Source of the DNA: Chryseolinea sp.
GTDB lineage: Bacteria > Bacteroidota > Bacteroidia > Cytophagales > Cyclobacteriaceae
Reading direction: 5' to 3'
Assembly: GCA_041742155.1 (NCBI GenBank)
Contig: JBGSJE010000016.1
Location: 248,293-312,292, forward strand
Length of the DNA stretch: 64,000 nt
The notes under the pieces are model-generated. The model did no database searches. It was not told where the DNA came from and saw nothing but the letters and a program-made list of their open reading frames with translations. Each line of letters begins with the position of its first letter. Position 1 is the first letter of the stretch. Positions 38,431 through 47,060 of this stretch are shown here, piece by piece. The position numbers and the translations under genes are program-made.

Positions 38431-41199
38431 CTAATTTATATCCGATTCAAACGAATAGTCTCCTGATCCCAGGCGGATAACGGCATAACCTTCCGCAAAT
38501 TTCAATAGTGTAAGCGATGTGGCCGAAACTACAGGTACACCGCTTTCCGTGAGAGTGCCTGTCCCCGTCGCAGGTATCCAGAGCTCGGTCTCCGTATCCG
38601 GCGGCAGCGAGACGTTGAGTTTGAATTTTCCATCTTCTATTTTCCAGTCACTGACGATTTTCCCCGCGACACTTTGATAACTGCCTTTAGCCCATTTAAG
38701 GTCGCCAGCAGGCTGGGGTTTAATGACGATCTTTTTAAAACCCGGCGCACCCGGATTGATACCCAGCAACGAGCGGTAAAACCATTCGTCAACAGAGGCG
38801 AACATCGGGTGGTTTTGCGAAGCGGCATTATCGGGATACTCCCACGATTCCCATAACGTGGTCGCTCCTCTACTGAGCATATATCCCCACCCGGGATAGT
38901 CACGCTGATTGGCGATCGTATGGGCAACTTCCGGCTGATTTGTCATGCGCAATACATCAAACATCATCATCACTCCGAATATGCCGGAAGAAACGTGCCA
39001 GTTGTGCCGCTCAAATTCATCCATCAGCACCTTCATCGTTTTATCTTTTTGAGGAGAGAAATCGTACCATAATGCAAAGAGCTGGGCCGACTGCGTTCCA
39101 TTGTCAAATCTTCCCGTACCGGGCACATAATATTTCGCGATGATCATTTGTTTTATTTCTTCAGCATGCCTGGCATATTGAATTGAATCCGGCTGATTTC
39201 CCAGGACGCCGGCAAATTCGGCCGCGAGCCTGACGTGGTGATAATAAAATGCCGACGCGCTGAATGCCTCCGGTTTCGGGTCGATAGCAACATGATCGCT
39301 GATGTCCCAGTGAAATAATCCGTCAATTGCCTTCGATCGAAGAAAAGCGATCTGCCGGCCAAGAGCGGGATAACAGGTTGATATTATTTTCTTGTCGCCG
39401 TAGAACTCGTATAACTGCTTTTGTAGGTACGGGAATGCAAGTTGCCACCCGAGGGGGCCCGATTCACCTCCGACACCTTTGTCGTGGATACCGGTGTAGG
39501 GCGCTATCTCCGTGATTCCACCGTCGGGCTGCTGTTCATTCTCAAAATCACGCAGTGTCTTGATGTAAAAGTTATGCATGTCGTAGTTGTACATAAAGGT
39601 GTTGGCTGTCGTTACGATGTCGGCACCATAACCCATCTTTTCACGACCCGGGCAGTCGGACTGCACGCTGAATACGTTGCTTAAAAAAGTCCATTGTATG
39701 GTTTGATGGAGCTGGTTAAACATCTCATTGGAACACGAAAATTCGCCTGCCGGCTGGAGATCCGAATTCATTCGCAAGCCTTCGATGTCGGTGATCGCCG
39801 GCTTACCGGGCCACCCGGAGATCTCCACGTAACGAAATCCGTGGAATGTAAAGCGGGGCGACCAGGTTTCCAGGGCATCTCCCTTCAGTGTATAACTGTC
39901 TTCCTGCCATGCGGTCGGCGGTGCCCCAGGTCCTCCCCTGAGATTCCACATCTCCTTGATGTGACCGGCGACGGTGGTCAGGTAATTCAACGTTCCATCG
40001 GCATGAAGCGCTTCGCCGTACCGCAGGGTGATCTTTGTTCCTGCTCTACCCTTCACGTTGATCCTTGCCACACCTGCAAAATTCTGACCCATGTCGGCGA
40101 TAAATACACCGGGCTTCAGTTCAGATATACGAACAGGTCTTATAATTCGTGTCGTTCTGATGGGCGGCTGCATCTGAGCGTACAGTTCCCCCGATGGTCC
40201 CTTTGCTTCAACAGCGGCCCTCCAGTCCGATTCCACGCGGCCTGCCCTATTCCAGTTTGCCTGTTCAAACCTCGCATCGTAGTGTTCACCTAAATACACA
40301 CTGTTGCGAACCACCGGGCCTGGTGCTGTCTGCCATGATTCATCAGTCATTACGGTTTCGCGGGATCCGTCCGCATAGTCGATATGTATTTCAGCCCTGA
40401 CACATGGTCTCCCGGTTTCCTGAACATCACGCAGATTAAACCTGCCGAACAATCGCAGCGGGAGTGGGTTCCACCAGCCATTGCCAAGCATAAAGGCGGT
40501 CACATTTTTTCCCTGCCTGAGCGACGCGGTGATATCGTGGGTTATGTACAATACCTCTTTTTTATAAGGTGTCCATCCGGGATCGAGAACATGATCGCCG
40601 GTTTTTTTTCCATTGACATAGGCTTCATGATACCCTATGCCGGCGACATAGAGGCGTGCTTGCAGTATCCTTTTCCGTACGGTAAACTCTTTCCTGAACA
40701 AAGGCATCCGGTCTTCTCCATAAAAATCTTCATCCCGTTCGAACTGCCTGCTGCCATCGCCGATCCATTTAGCCTTCCAATCCGCCGGGTTTAACATAGC
40801 AGTTTCGAACCATGCCGGGGAGCTCCATGCTCCCGGTCTCCGATCATTGTCATAGGTCCTCACAACCCAGTAGTAGCGGGTGAACGGCTTCAGCGGGGGA
40901 CCATTGTATTCCATGTTCCTGTTATCAGCGCCAACAACCTGTCCGGTGGTCCAGACTTCCCCTTTGAAATTCCGGATCGACGACAGGCTCTCACTGACAA
41001 GGATTTCAAAAGCAGTTTGATGTTGATTCCTCTCACCTGACAGGAGCGTCCAGCCGAACCGCGGTGTGCTTGTCCCGATGCCGAGGGGATTCCGTGTAAA
41101 TTCACACGTGAGGTCAGCGGGATTTAATTTACCATTTTGCGCAACTCCGGGTAAGCAGGCCAGGAGCAGCAAGATCATACAGTGAATATTTTTTACCAT
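38431..41199 (-). CDS. GH78 alpha-L-rhamnosidase
   Basis: 922 aa. N-terminus LTCEFTRNPLGIGTSTPRFGWTL, a bacterial rhamnosidase N-terminal domain, and a six-hairpin catalytic region (DCPGREKMGYGAD). Confidence 0.85.
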   Translation of the reverse strand: MVKNIHCMILLLLACLPGVAQNGKLNPADLTCEFTRNPLGIGTSTPRFGWTLLSGERNQHQTAFEILVSESLSSIRNFKGEVWTTGQVVGADNRNMEYNGPPLKPFTRYYWVVRTYDNDRRPGAWSSPAWFETAMLNPADWKAKWIGDGSRQFERDEDFYGEDRMPLFRKEFTVRKRILQARLYVAGIGYHEAYVNGKKTGDHVLDPGWTPYKKEVLYITHDITASLRQGKNVTAFMLGNGWWNPLPLRLFGRFNLRDVQETGRPCVRAEIHIDYADGSRETVMTDESWQTAPGPVVRNSVYLGEHYDARFEQANWNRAGRVESDWRAAVEAKGPSGELYAQMQPPIRTTRIIRPVRISELKPGVFIADMGQNFAGVARINVKGRAGTKITLRYGEALHADGTLNYLTTVAGHIKEMWNLRGGPGAPPTAWQEDSYTLKGDALETWSPRFTFHGFRYVEISGWPGKPAITDIEGLRMNSDLQPAGEFSCSNEMFNQLHQTIQWTFLSNVFSVQSDCPGREKMGYGADIVTTANTFMYNYDMHNFYIKTLRDFENEQQPDGGITEIAPYTGIHDKGVGGESGPLGWQLAFPYLQKQLYEFYGDKKIISTCYPALGRQIAFLRSKAIDGLFHWDISDHVAIDPKPEAFSASAFYYHHVRLAAEFAGVLGNQPDSIQYARHAEEIKQMIIAKYYVPGTGRFDNGTQSAQLFALWYDFSPQKDKTMKVLMDEFERHNWHVSSGIFGVMMMFDVLRMTNQPEVAHTIANQRDYPGWGYMLSRGATTLWESWEYPDNAASQNHPMFASVDEWFYRSLLGINPGAPGFKKIVIKPQPAGDLKWAKGSYQSVAGKIVSDWKIEDGKFKLNVSLPPDTETELWIPATGTGTLTESGVPVVSATSLTLLKFAEGYAVIRLGSGDYSFESDIN

Positions 41200-41402
41200 A
41201 CGGTTTTAACGTTATTTCCAGTGACATTGCCCGGAGACCAGCGGAGTATCTAGTTGCCCGCTGTTACTGTGGTCCGGTATATCACCACACAATATCGATA
41301 AATTGAAACAAACGTATATTGTCAATAACAGCCGGCAATGCCAATTGTATTCTTATTGCCATATTGCACTAGTAAAATGTAATCGGTTCAAAAACACCTG
41401 CG

Positions 41403-42119
41403 ATGAAAGTTAACATATATCCCGGCTATAAGGAATTATCAAGGGCAACCGCCGATTTGATTGTTGAGTACATTTCAGCCAAAAGGGAATCACTGGTTTG
41501 CCTTGCTTCAGGGTACTCGCCGCGTGGAGTATTTGAATGTCTGATCTCCGATGTACGGGCAAAACGCCTGGAACTGGATGGTTGCACGTTTGTGAGCCTG
41601 GATGAATGGGTAGGAATCGCGCCCGGGCAAAACGGTTCCTGCCGCGCGATGATGGATGAGGATTTCTTTCGTCCCCTTCAAATACCATCCCGGCAAATCA
41701 GATTCTTTGATGGGCTTTCAGAGGACCTGGCGGCGGAGGTTCGTACCATGAATGATTTTATCGCTTCACGCGGCGGCCTGGACATTATGCTTGTCGGGGT
41801 GGGACTGAACGGTCACATCGCCATGAATGAACCGGGCACGTCTTTCGATCAGGATGCCCATATCAGCACACTGGCAGACGAGACCAAGACAGTCGGGCAG
41901 AAATATTTTACGGAATCGACGGAACTGAGCCTTGGTTTGACGCTGGGACTAAAACATTTCCGGGAATCAAAATTACCGATTCTGATCGCGAACGGTGTAA
42001 AAAAGGCGCCTGTCATCCAAAAACTATTGTCGTCCAGCGCAACGGAGAGCTTACCGGCCAGCGTGGTACACCTCATCGATAAGGCATTTGTAATGCTCGA
42101 CGAGGAAGCCGCGCCATAG
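41403..42119 (+). CDS. Glucosamine-6-phosphate deaminase / 6-phosphogluconolactonase-family protein
   Basis: LASGYSPRGVF, SLDEWVG and MLVGVGLNGHIAMNEPG parallel the NagB motifs. Confidence 0.75.
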   Translation: MKVNIYPGYKELSRATADLIVEYISAKRESLVCLASGYSPRGVFECLISDVRAKRLELDGCTFVSLDEWVGIAPGQNGSCRAMMDEDFFRPLQIPSRQIRFFDGLSEDLAAEVRTMNDFIASRGGLDIMLVGVGLNGHIAMNEPGTSFDQDAHISTLADETKTVGQKYFTESTELSLGLTLGLKHFRESKLPILIANGVKKAPVIQKLLSSSATESLPASVVHLIDKAFVMLDEEAAP

Positions 42120-42132
42120 GACCGGATTCAAC

Positions 42133-43428
42133 TCACAACCCGGTTGCTAGGGATTTTTTTCCCCTCTTCGCGATAAGGCTTTCCCTGATCCTTTGTGACC
42201 TGAACGTATTGATCGGATCCAGGCTTCCGCCTGAACGCAAACGCGCTTCCGACAACAATGGTCTTACATCGGCCTGGAAAGCCGCCTGCATGATCTGTTC
42301 ACACCGGACTACATCATTGTCCTGCTGCGCGATTTCCAGTGCCGGAAAATCAACCAGCAACGCCTTTGCATAGGCGGCCTTTATATTCTCCAGGGAATTT
42401 ATCAGGTCTTCGATGGGGTCTTTGATATTATGACTGGCATCGATCATATAAGCTACTGGCGGATTGCGAATGGCTGCATCATTTGCTCCCGTCACCAGTT
42501 CATGGAAAATTAAAAAAAGCTGATAGGGTTTGATCGATCCCGTGGTCAGGTCGTCGTCGCCGTATTGTGACCCGTTAAAATGAAATCCACCCAGCCGGCC
42601 GAAATGCAGAAGGCGGCCAACGATCTGCTCGATGTTGGTGTTAGGCAGGTGATGTCCAAGGTCCACGAGTACATTCGCCCGGTCACCACAAGCCGAACTG
42701 AGCTGCAGGGACGTACCCCAATCAGGGATCACCATCGAATAAAAACTTGGCTCGTAAGGTTTGTATTCAATCAGCATGTTCCAGTCGGACGGCATCGCGA
42801 TGTAGATCTTCTGCAGGGAGTCAAGCGTCCTGGCATAGGCCTTACGGAAGTGATGCTGCCCCGGGAAGTTCGATCCGTCGGCGAGCCATACCGTCAGCAC
42901 CCGGCTATTGAGCTTTACCCCTTGTTGGACGACTTCGATGTTATGTTCGATCGCCTGATTACGAATACGGTCGTCAGTATGGCATAATGAACCGAATTTA
43001 TAGGAGTAAGCCTGGCCGGGCTGATCCTGAAAAGTATTGGAATTTACCGAATCGATGGTCAGTTGATTTTCGGCAAGTAGTTGCCGTATGGCTTCCGCAT
43101 CACCTGGTATGTCCCATGGGATGTGAAGAGAAATTGAATTGGCGGACGCGGTAAGGCGGTGGATCAGGCCCACATCTTCTATTTTCTCTTCGAGGTTGCG
43201 AGGTTCGCCGCCCGCCGGAAACCTCCCGAACCGGGTTCCTCCTGTACCCAATGCCCAGCTGGGCACCGCCACCTGGAACGATGTAATCTGCCTGATGATC
43301 CGCTCAAAGTCAGGATCATCCAGCGACAGCAGGTTTTTAATACTTTGAATTTTTTCCTGATGACGGACAAGATCCTGTTTATGTGTTGCTTCAGTGATGG
43401 AGGTATTCATAGTTGGTCCGATTGTCAC
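42133..43428 (-). CDS. L-rhamnose isomerase, Pseudomonas stutzeri type (xylose-isomerase-like TIM barrel)
   Basis: Long colinear similarity to the P. stutzeri L-RhI sequence as recalled: VPSWALGTGGTRFGRFP, LHIPWD, NSNTFQDQPGQAYSYKFGSL, VDLGHHLPNTNIE and GGFHFNGSQYGDDDL. Confidence 0.8.
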   Translation of the reverse strand: MTIGPTMNTSITEATHKQDLVRHQEKIQSIKNLLSLDDPDFERIIRQITSFQVAVPSWALGTGGTRFGRFPAGGEPRNLEEKIEDVGLIHRLTASANSISLHIPWDIPGDAEAIRQLLAENQLTIDSVNSNTFQDQPGQAYSYKFGSLCHTDDRIRNQAIEHNIEVVQQGVKLNSRVLTVWLADGSNFPGQHHFRKAYARTLDSLQKIYIAMPSDWNMLIEYKPYEPSFYSMVIPDWGTSLQLSSACGDRANVLVDLGHHLPNTNIEQIVGRLLHFGRLGGFHFNGSQYGDDDLTTGSIKPYQLFLIFHELVTGANDAAIRNPPVAYMIDASHNIKDPIEDLINSLENIKAAYAKALLVDFPALEIAQQDNDVVRCEQIMQAAFQADVRPLLSEARLRSGGSLDPINTFRSQRIRESLIAKRGKKSLATGL

Positions 43429-43683
43429 ATTAAGTTATTCAATAATATTTAACAATATAACGTTGAACCTGCTATTCCACCCCTACATGATATTACAGGA
43501 CACCTGAAAACGGGACGAGCTGTTAATTGCCGTAAATTTTGGGGACATCCGCTGTTTGTCTGTGCCCTTAAGGAAGTGGCCCTGCCAATGATGCCCGGGA
43601 ACAATAAATGCCGAAGGCCTTCAGTTCAAGCAGACATTAATTTTTTTACAGATATTACTACCTGAATCGAAACCACCCCGCCT

Positions 43684-45063
43684 GTGAACCGCGAACCTGC
43701 AACTCTTATTTTCGATATTGGAAAGACTACCAAGAAAGCCCTTGTCTTCGACGGCCACTTCCACGTACTGGATGAACAGACCGAAAATTTCAAGGAGATC
43801 CGCGATGACGATGGATTCCCGTCCGATGATCTCGAAACCGTGTCGCAATGGACAGCGGAAATTCTAAAACACTATTTACTTCATCCGCGTTACGAAATAC
43901 GGAACTGTAATATCTCTTCCTACGGCGCAAGCTTCGTGCATATCGGCCGCGACGGCCGGCGACTGGATCCTTTTTACAATTATCTTAAACCATTCCCGGA
44001 CTCCTGCCGGGACCTGTTTGAATCGCGGTACGACCTTTCAAAAGATATCCACGCCAGGACCGCATCTCCATACCTGGGCCTGCTGAACTCCGGCCTTCAG
44101 TTGTTCTTTCTGAAATACGAGAAACCTTCATACTTCAAAAATATTGAATCGTCGCTGCACTTACCTCAATACTTCACCTACCTGCTGACGGGAAAGAAGT
44201 TCACCGATATCACCAGTGTTGGCTGTCATACCATGCTTTGGGATTTTCAAACCAAAAACTACCACTCCTGGGTTGACAAAGAACACCTGAACGTCCTCTT
44301 CCCTCCGCTTCACCGTTCGGATCATGCGTTTGATCACACGATTGAAGGCCGAAGGCTCCGTGTTGGCGTGGGTGTCCACGACAGCTCTGCAGCGTTAATG
44401 CCATACCTCGTCACACAACAGGTACCTTTCATCCTCCTTTCAACAGGAACATGGAACATCTGCTTCAATCCATTTAATCATGATCCACTCACTTCTTCGG
44501 AGTTAAAGTCCGATTGCCTGTGCTTTCTCACATACGAAGGAGATCCTGTAAAGGCCTCCCGCATATTCCTTGGTCATGAACATGAACTGCAGGCCGGCAT
44601 ATTAACAAGCTATTTCAATGTGTCTCCCGATGCATTTAAATCCGTTTCTTTCAACGAGGTCTTATACCGGCAACTGGAGTCGCTTCCCCCTGATGCAAAA
44701 CCTTTCTTTCCCCTGGGGATGGAGGGGACCGGTCCTATGCCCGAAAAACAGGAGCGCCGAACCGACCTCAGCGTATTTACAAATTTTGAAGAAGCATACC
44801 ACCAACTCATCCGCTATCTTGTAAAATGGCAGCTCGTCTCCGTCGATTTATTAGACCCCGGAAAAAGCGTGGAGAATATAATTGTTGTGGGAGGTTTTAC
44901 AAAGAATCCGTTATTCCTTGAGATCATGAAGCGCGAAGAGAAGGCGCGTAAGATTCTTATTTCCGACCACCCGCGGGCGAGCGCGTTAGGGGCTGCATGG
45001 CTCGTAACAGGGAAGGAAGCGTACGGCGGAAGCGAGGGCTTGCTATCCGTTTCTGAAATTTGA
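43684..45063 (+). CDS. FGGY-family carbohydrate kinase (rhamnulokinase-like by context)
   Basis: LIFDIGKTTKKALVFD N-terminal phosphate-1 motif and C-terminal VVGGFTKNPLF. GTG start at 43684. Confidence 0.7.
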   Translation: MNREPATLIFDIGKTTKKALVFDGHFHVLDEQTENFKEIRDDDGFPSDDLETVSQWTAEILKHYLLHPRYEIRNCNISSYGASFVHIGRDGRRLDPFYNYLKPFPDSCRDLFESRYDLSKDIHARTASPYLGLLNSGLQLFFLKYEKPSYFKNIESSLHLPQYFTYLLTGKKFTDITSVGCHTMLWDFQTKNYHSWVDKEHLNVLFPPLHRSDHAFDHTIEGRRLRVGVGVHDSSAALMPYLVTQQVPFILLSTGTWNICFNPFNHDPLTSSELKSDCLCFLTYEGDPVKASRIFLGHEHELQAGILTSYFNVSPDAFKSVSFNEVLYRQLESLPPDAKPFFPLGMEGTGPMPEKQERRTDLSVFTNFEEAYHQLIRYLVKWQLVSVDLLDPGKSVENIIVVGGFTKNPLFLEIMKREEKARKILISDHPRASALGAAWLVTGKEAYGGSEGLLSVSEI

Positions 45064-45100
45064 TATTTTGTGGATCAGCACGCTGTTAGATTTTGCAAAA

Positions 45101-45667
45101 ATGACGGAAACCAAACCTTTCGGATTGATCCTGGCGGGGGGGCGAAGTACCCGGATGGGTAGTGACAAGAGCCTGATCGATTATCACGGCAAGGCGCAAC
45201 GCGAATATCTGTTCGAATTGCTTTCCGGTATTTGCGAAGGGGTGTTTACATCCTGTAAACAAGAAGATAATGTGCCGGTGGAGCTTCATCCGTTGTATGA
45301 TACCTACGACTATCCGGGTCCTGTAAACGGGATCCTCAGCGCCTTTGCCAGGCATCCTGAACGTTCATGGCTTGTCGTGGCGGTGGATATGCCTTTTGTG
45401 GATCGTGCCACACTGGAACTGCTGATCGGTAGCCGGGATAAAACAAAGTTTGCGACATGCTTCCTAAATACCACAGGAGAACCTTTTCCGGAACCGTTGC
45501 TCACGTTATGGGAGCCGGCGGCTTATCCACAACTGTTGGGTTATGCGAAGGACGGAAAGATCAGCCCCCGTTATTTCCTTCAGCAAACCGATATCAGGTT
45601 GGTCCCTGTGCCTGATCCGAAAATTTTATTGAACATTAATTCGCCGCACGACAGATCCCTCCTCTGA
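45101..45667 (+). CDS. mobA: Molybdenum cofactor guanylyltransferase (MobA-like NTP transferase)
   Basis: FGLILAGGRSTRMGSDKSL and VAVDMPF motifs. Start set at ATG 45101. Confidence 0.75.
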   Translation: MTETKPFGLILAGGRSTRMGSDKSLIDYHGKAQREYLFELLSGICEGVFTSCKQEDNVPVELHPLYDTYDYPGPVNGILSAFARHPERSWLVVAVDMPFVDRATLELLIGSRDKTKFATCFLNTTGEPFPEPLLTLWEPAAYPQLLGYAKDGKISPRYFLQQTDIRLVPVPDPKILLNINSPHDRSLL

Positions 45668-45675
45668 TCGAAAGA

Positions 45676-46152
45676 TCATGCAGTCACCTGATCGACTGCC
45701 ACGTAAAATTCCTGCAGGGCTTTGAGTAGATTCTTATGTTCATGTCCTCCGCCGCTCAACTTCACCAGTGCAAAACGCTGTAACGGGTTAAGTGTTTGCC
45801 ACTTCTCCAGTGAGACGACGATGTTAAGATCCTTGGTCCGATCCCTTAACTGCGTTGGAATTTTATGTAATTCCGCCCATTCCGGATTGTGATCGGCGTG
45901 TAATGGCGTAGCGTCAGTTCCGGTGTGCATCTGAACAAGGTGCCTGACATAACGGTGATACGCAGCTATGTCCTCAGGTGATTCGCACGGCGCTTCTGCC
46001 ATGTGTGTACGTTCCGCAACATCCATTTTACTCCACTCGGAAAGTTTCAGTTTTATCCCGGCTGTATCAAGCTTAAACCTGACCACCATCGGAATACAGC
46101 GAAAGCCGTCTTCAACAAAGTCGTCTTCAAATCTGAAATATGGTATACTCAT
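45676..46152 (-). CDS. Nitrate reductase associated protein (TIGR02664-like)
   Basis: FRFEDDFVEDGFRCIPMVVRFKLDTAGIKLKLSEW...LQRFALVKL closely parallels the cyanobacterial family sequence as recalled. Confidence 0.75.
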   Translation of the reverse strand: MSIPYFRFEDDFVEDGFRCIPMVVRFKLDTAGIKLKLSEWSKMDVAERTHMAEAPCESPEDIAAYHRYVRHLVQMHTGTDATPLHADHNPEWAELHKIPTQLRDRTKDLNIVVSLEKWQTLNPLQRFALVKLSGGGHEHKNLLKALQEFYVAVDQVTA

Positions 46153-46162
46153 GTGTATTTAT

Positions 46163-46951
46163 TTAATACTTGTTCTCCGTATTTGTTTCGTCAGAAACTT
46201 CCTGTTCGATATAAACATTTGCCAGACAGGTTAAGGCATTTCTTTCATCAACAACTTTTCCGATCACGATCACGGCCGGTGTGCATACTTTATGTTCTTC
46301 TGCAAGCGCAGCGATTGTTCCTGCCGTCCCGGTTATTACTCGTTGATCCTGCCTTGCTGCATTTTCAATGATCGCTATTGGCTCAAGTGAAGAACGATGA
46401 TGTGAAAAGACCGCGGCTATCTTCTGCAATTGGTTCAGGCCCATGAGCACGATCACCGTGGCAGAGGACTGTGCGGCCAGGATCATGTCACCGGAGATGT
46501 CGCCATTCGAGACAGTACCGGCAACAACCCAAAAACTCTCGTTGACACCTCGTTTCGTTAATGGAATACCGGCGGATGAGGGAGCAGCGATTGCGCTTGA
46601 TATACCCGGGATCACTTCGGCGCAGATGCCGCGGGCTGTCACGTATTCGAGTTCTTCATGACCCCGTCCAAAGACATAGGGATCTCCCCCCTTTAAGCGG
46701 ACCACACATTGAAAGCGGCGCGCGTAAAAAACGAGAAGGTCGTTTATCTCATCCTGCGAAAATTCCTTGTGCCCTTTTCGTTTGCCGACACAGATCATTC
46801 TGCAGGAAGGTCGGGCCTTTGCCAGCAACTCAGCCGGGACAAGCGCGTCGTACAAGATAGCTTCGGCTCTCCTGATTTGATTCAAACCTTTTACGGAAAT
46901 CAGGTCCGGGTCCCCGGGGCCGGCTCCTATTATATAAAGAGTGGTTGCCAT
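46163..46951 (-). CDS. cobA: Uroporphyrinogen-III C-methyltransferase (siroheme branch)
   Basis: LYIIGAGPGDPDLISVKGLNQIRRAEAILYDALV and RLKGGDPYVFGRGHEE motifs. Confidence 0.85.
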   Translation of the reverse strand: MATTLYIIGAGPGDPDLISVKGLNQIRRAEAILYDALVPAELLAKARPSCRMICVGKRKGHKEFSQDEINDLLVFYARRFQCVVRLKGGDPYVFGRGHEELEYVTARGICAEVIPGISSAIAAPSSAGIPLTKRGVNESFWVVAGTVSNGDISGDMILAAQSSATVIVLMGLNQLQKIAAVFSHHRSSLEPIAIIENAARQDQRVITGTAGTIAALAEEHKVCTPAVIVIGKVVDERNALTCLANVYIEQEVSDETNTENKY

Positions 46952-46964
46952 TCATTTCATTCAT

Positions 46965-47023
46965 TACGTAGTAAATATACGTAGTTTTATACTTGATATT
47001 TTACTAATATTACGTATAATTAC
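46965..47023. promoter_or_regulatory. Cluster of TACGTA palindromes and GTA-N4-TAC decamers in the cobA/nirB divergent promoter
   Basis: TACGTA occurs at 46965, 46978 and 47011. GTAAATATAC is at 46971-46980 and GTATAATTAC at 47014-47023, giving a 43-bp spacing. Confidence 0.5.
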
Positions 47024-47060
47024 TTAAAAATAGCCCAAAATATACTTAAATCGATTGCGG

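Noticed and set aside
46965-47023. NtcA-type GTA-N8-TAC sites in the nitrate promoters
   Set aside because: GTA...TAC pairs are present only with N4, N6 or N7 spacing, and none has N8. The boxes are therefore reported as a distinct motif.
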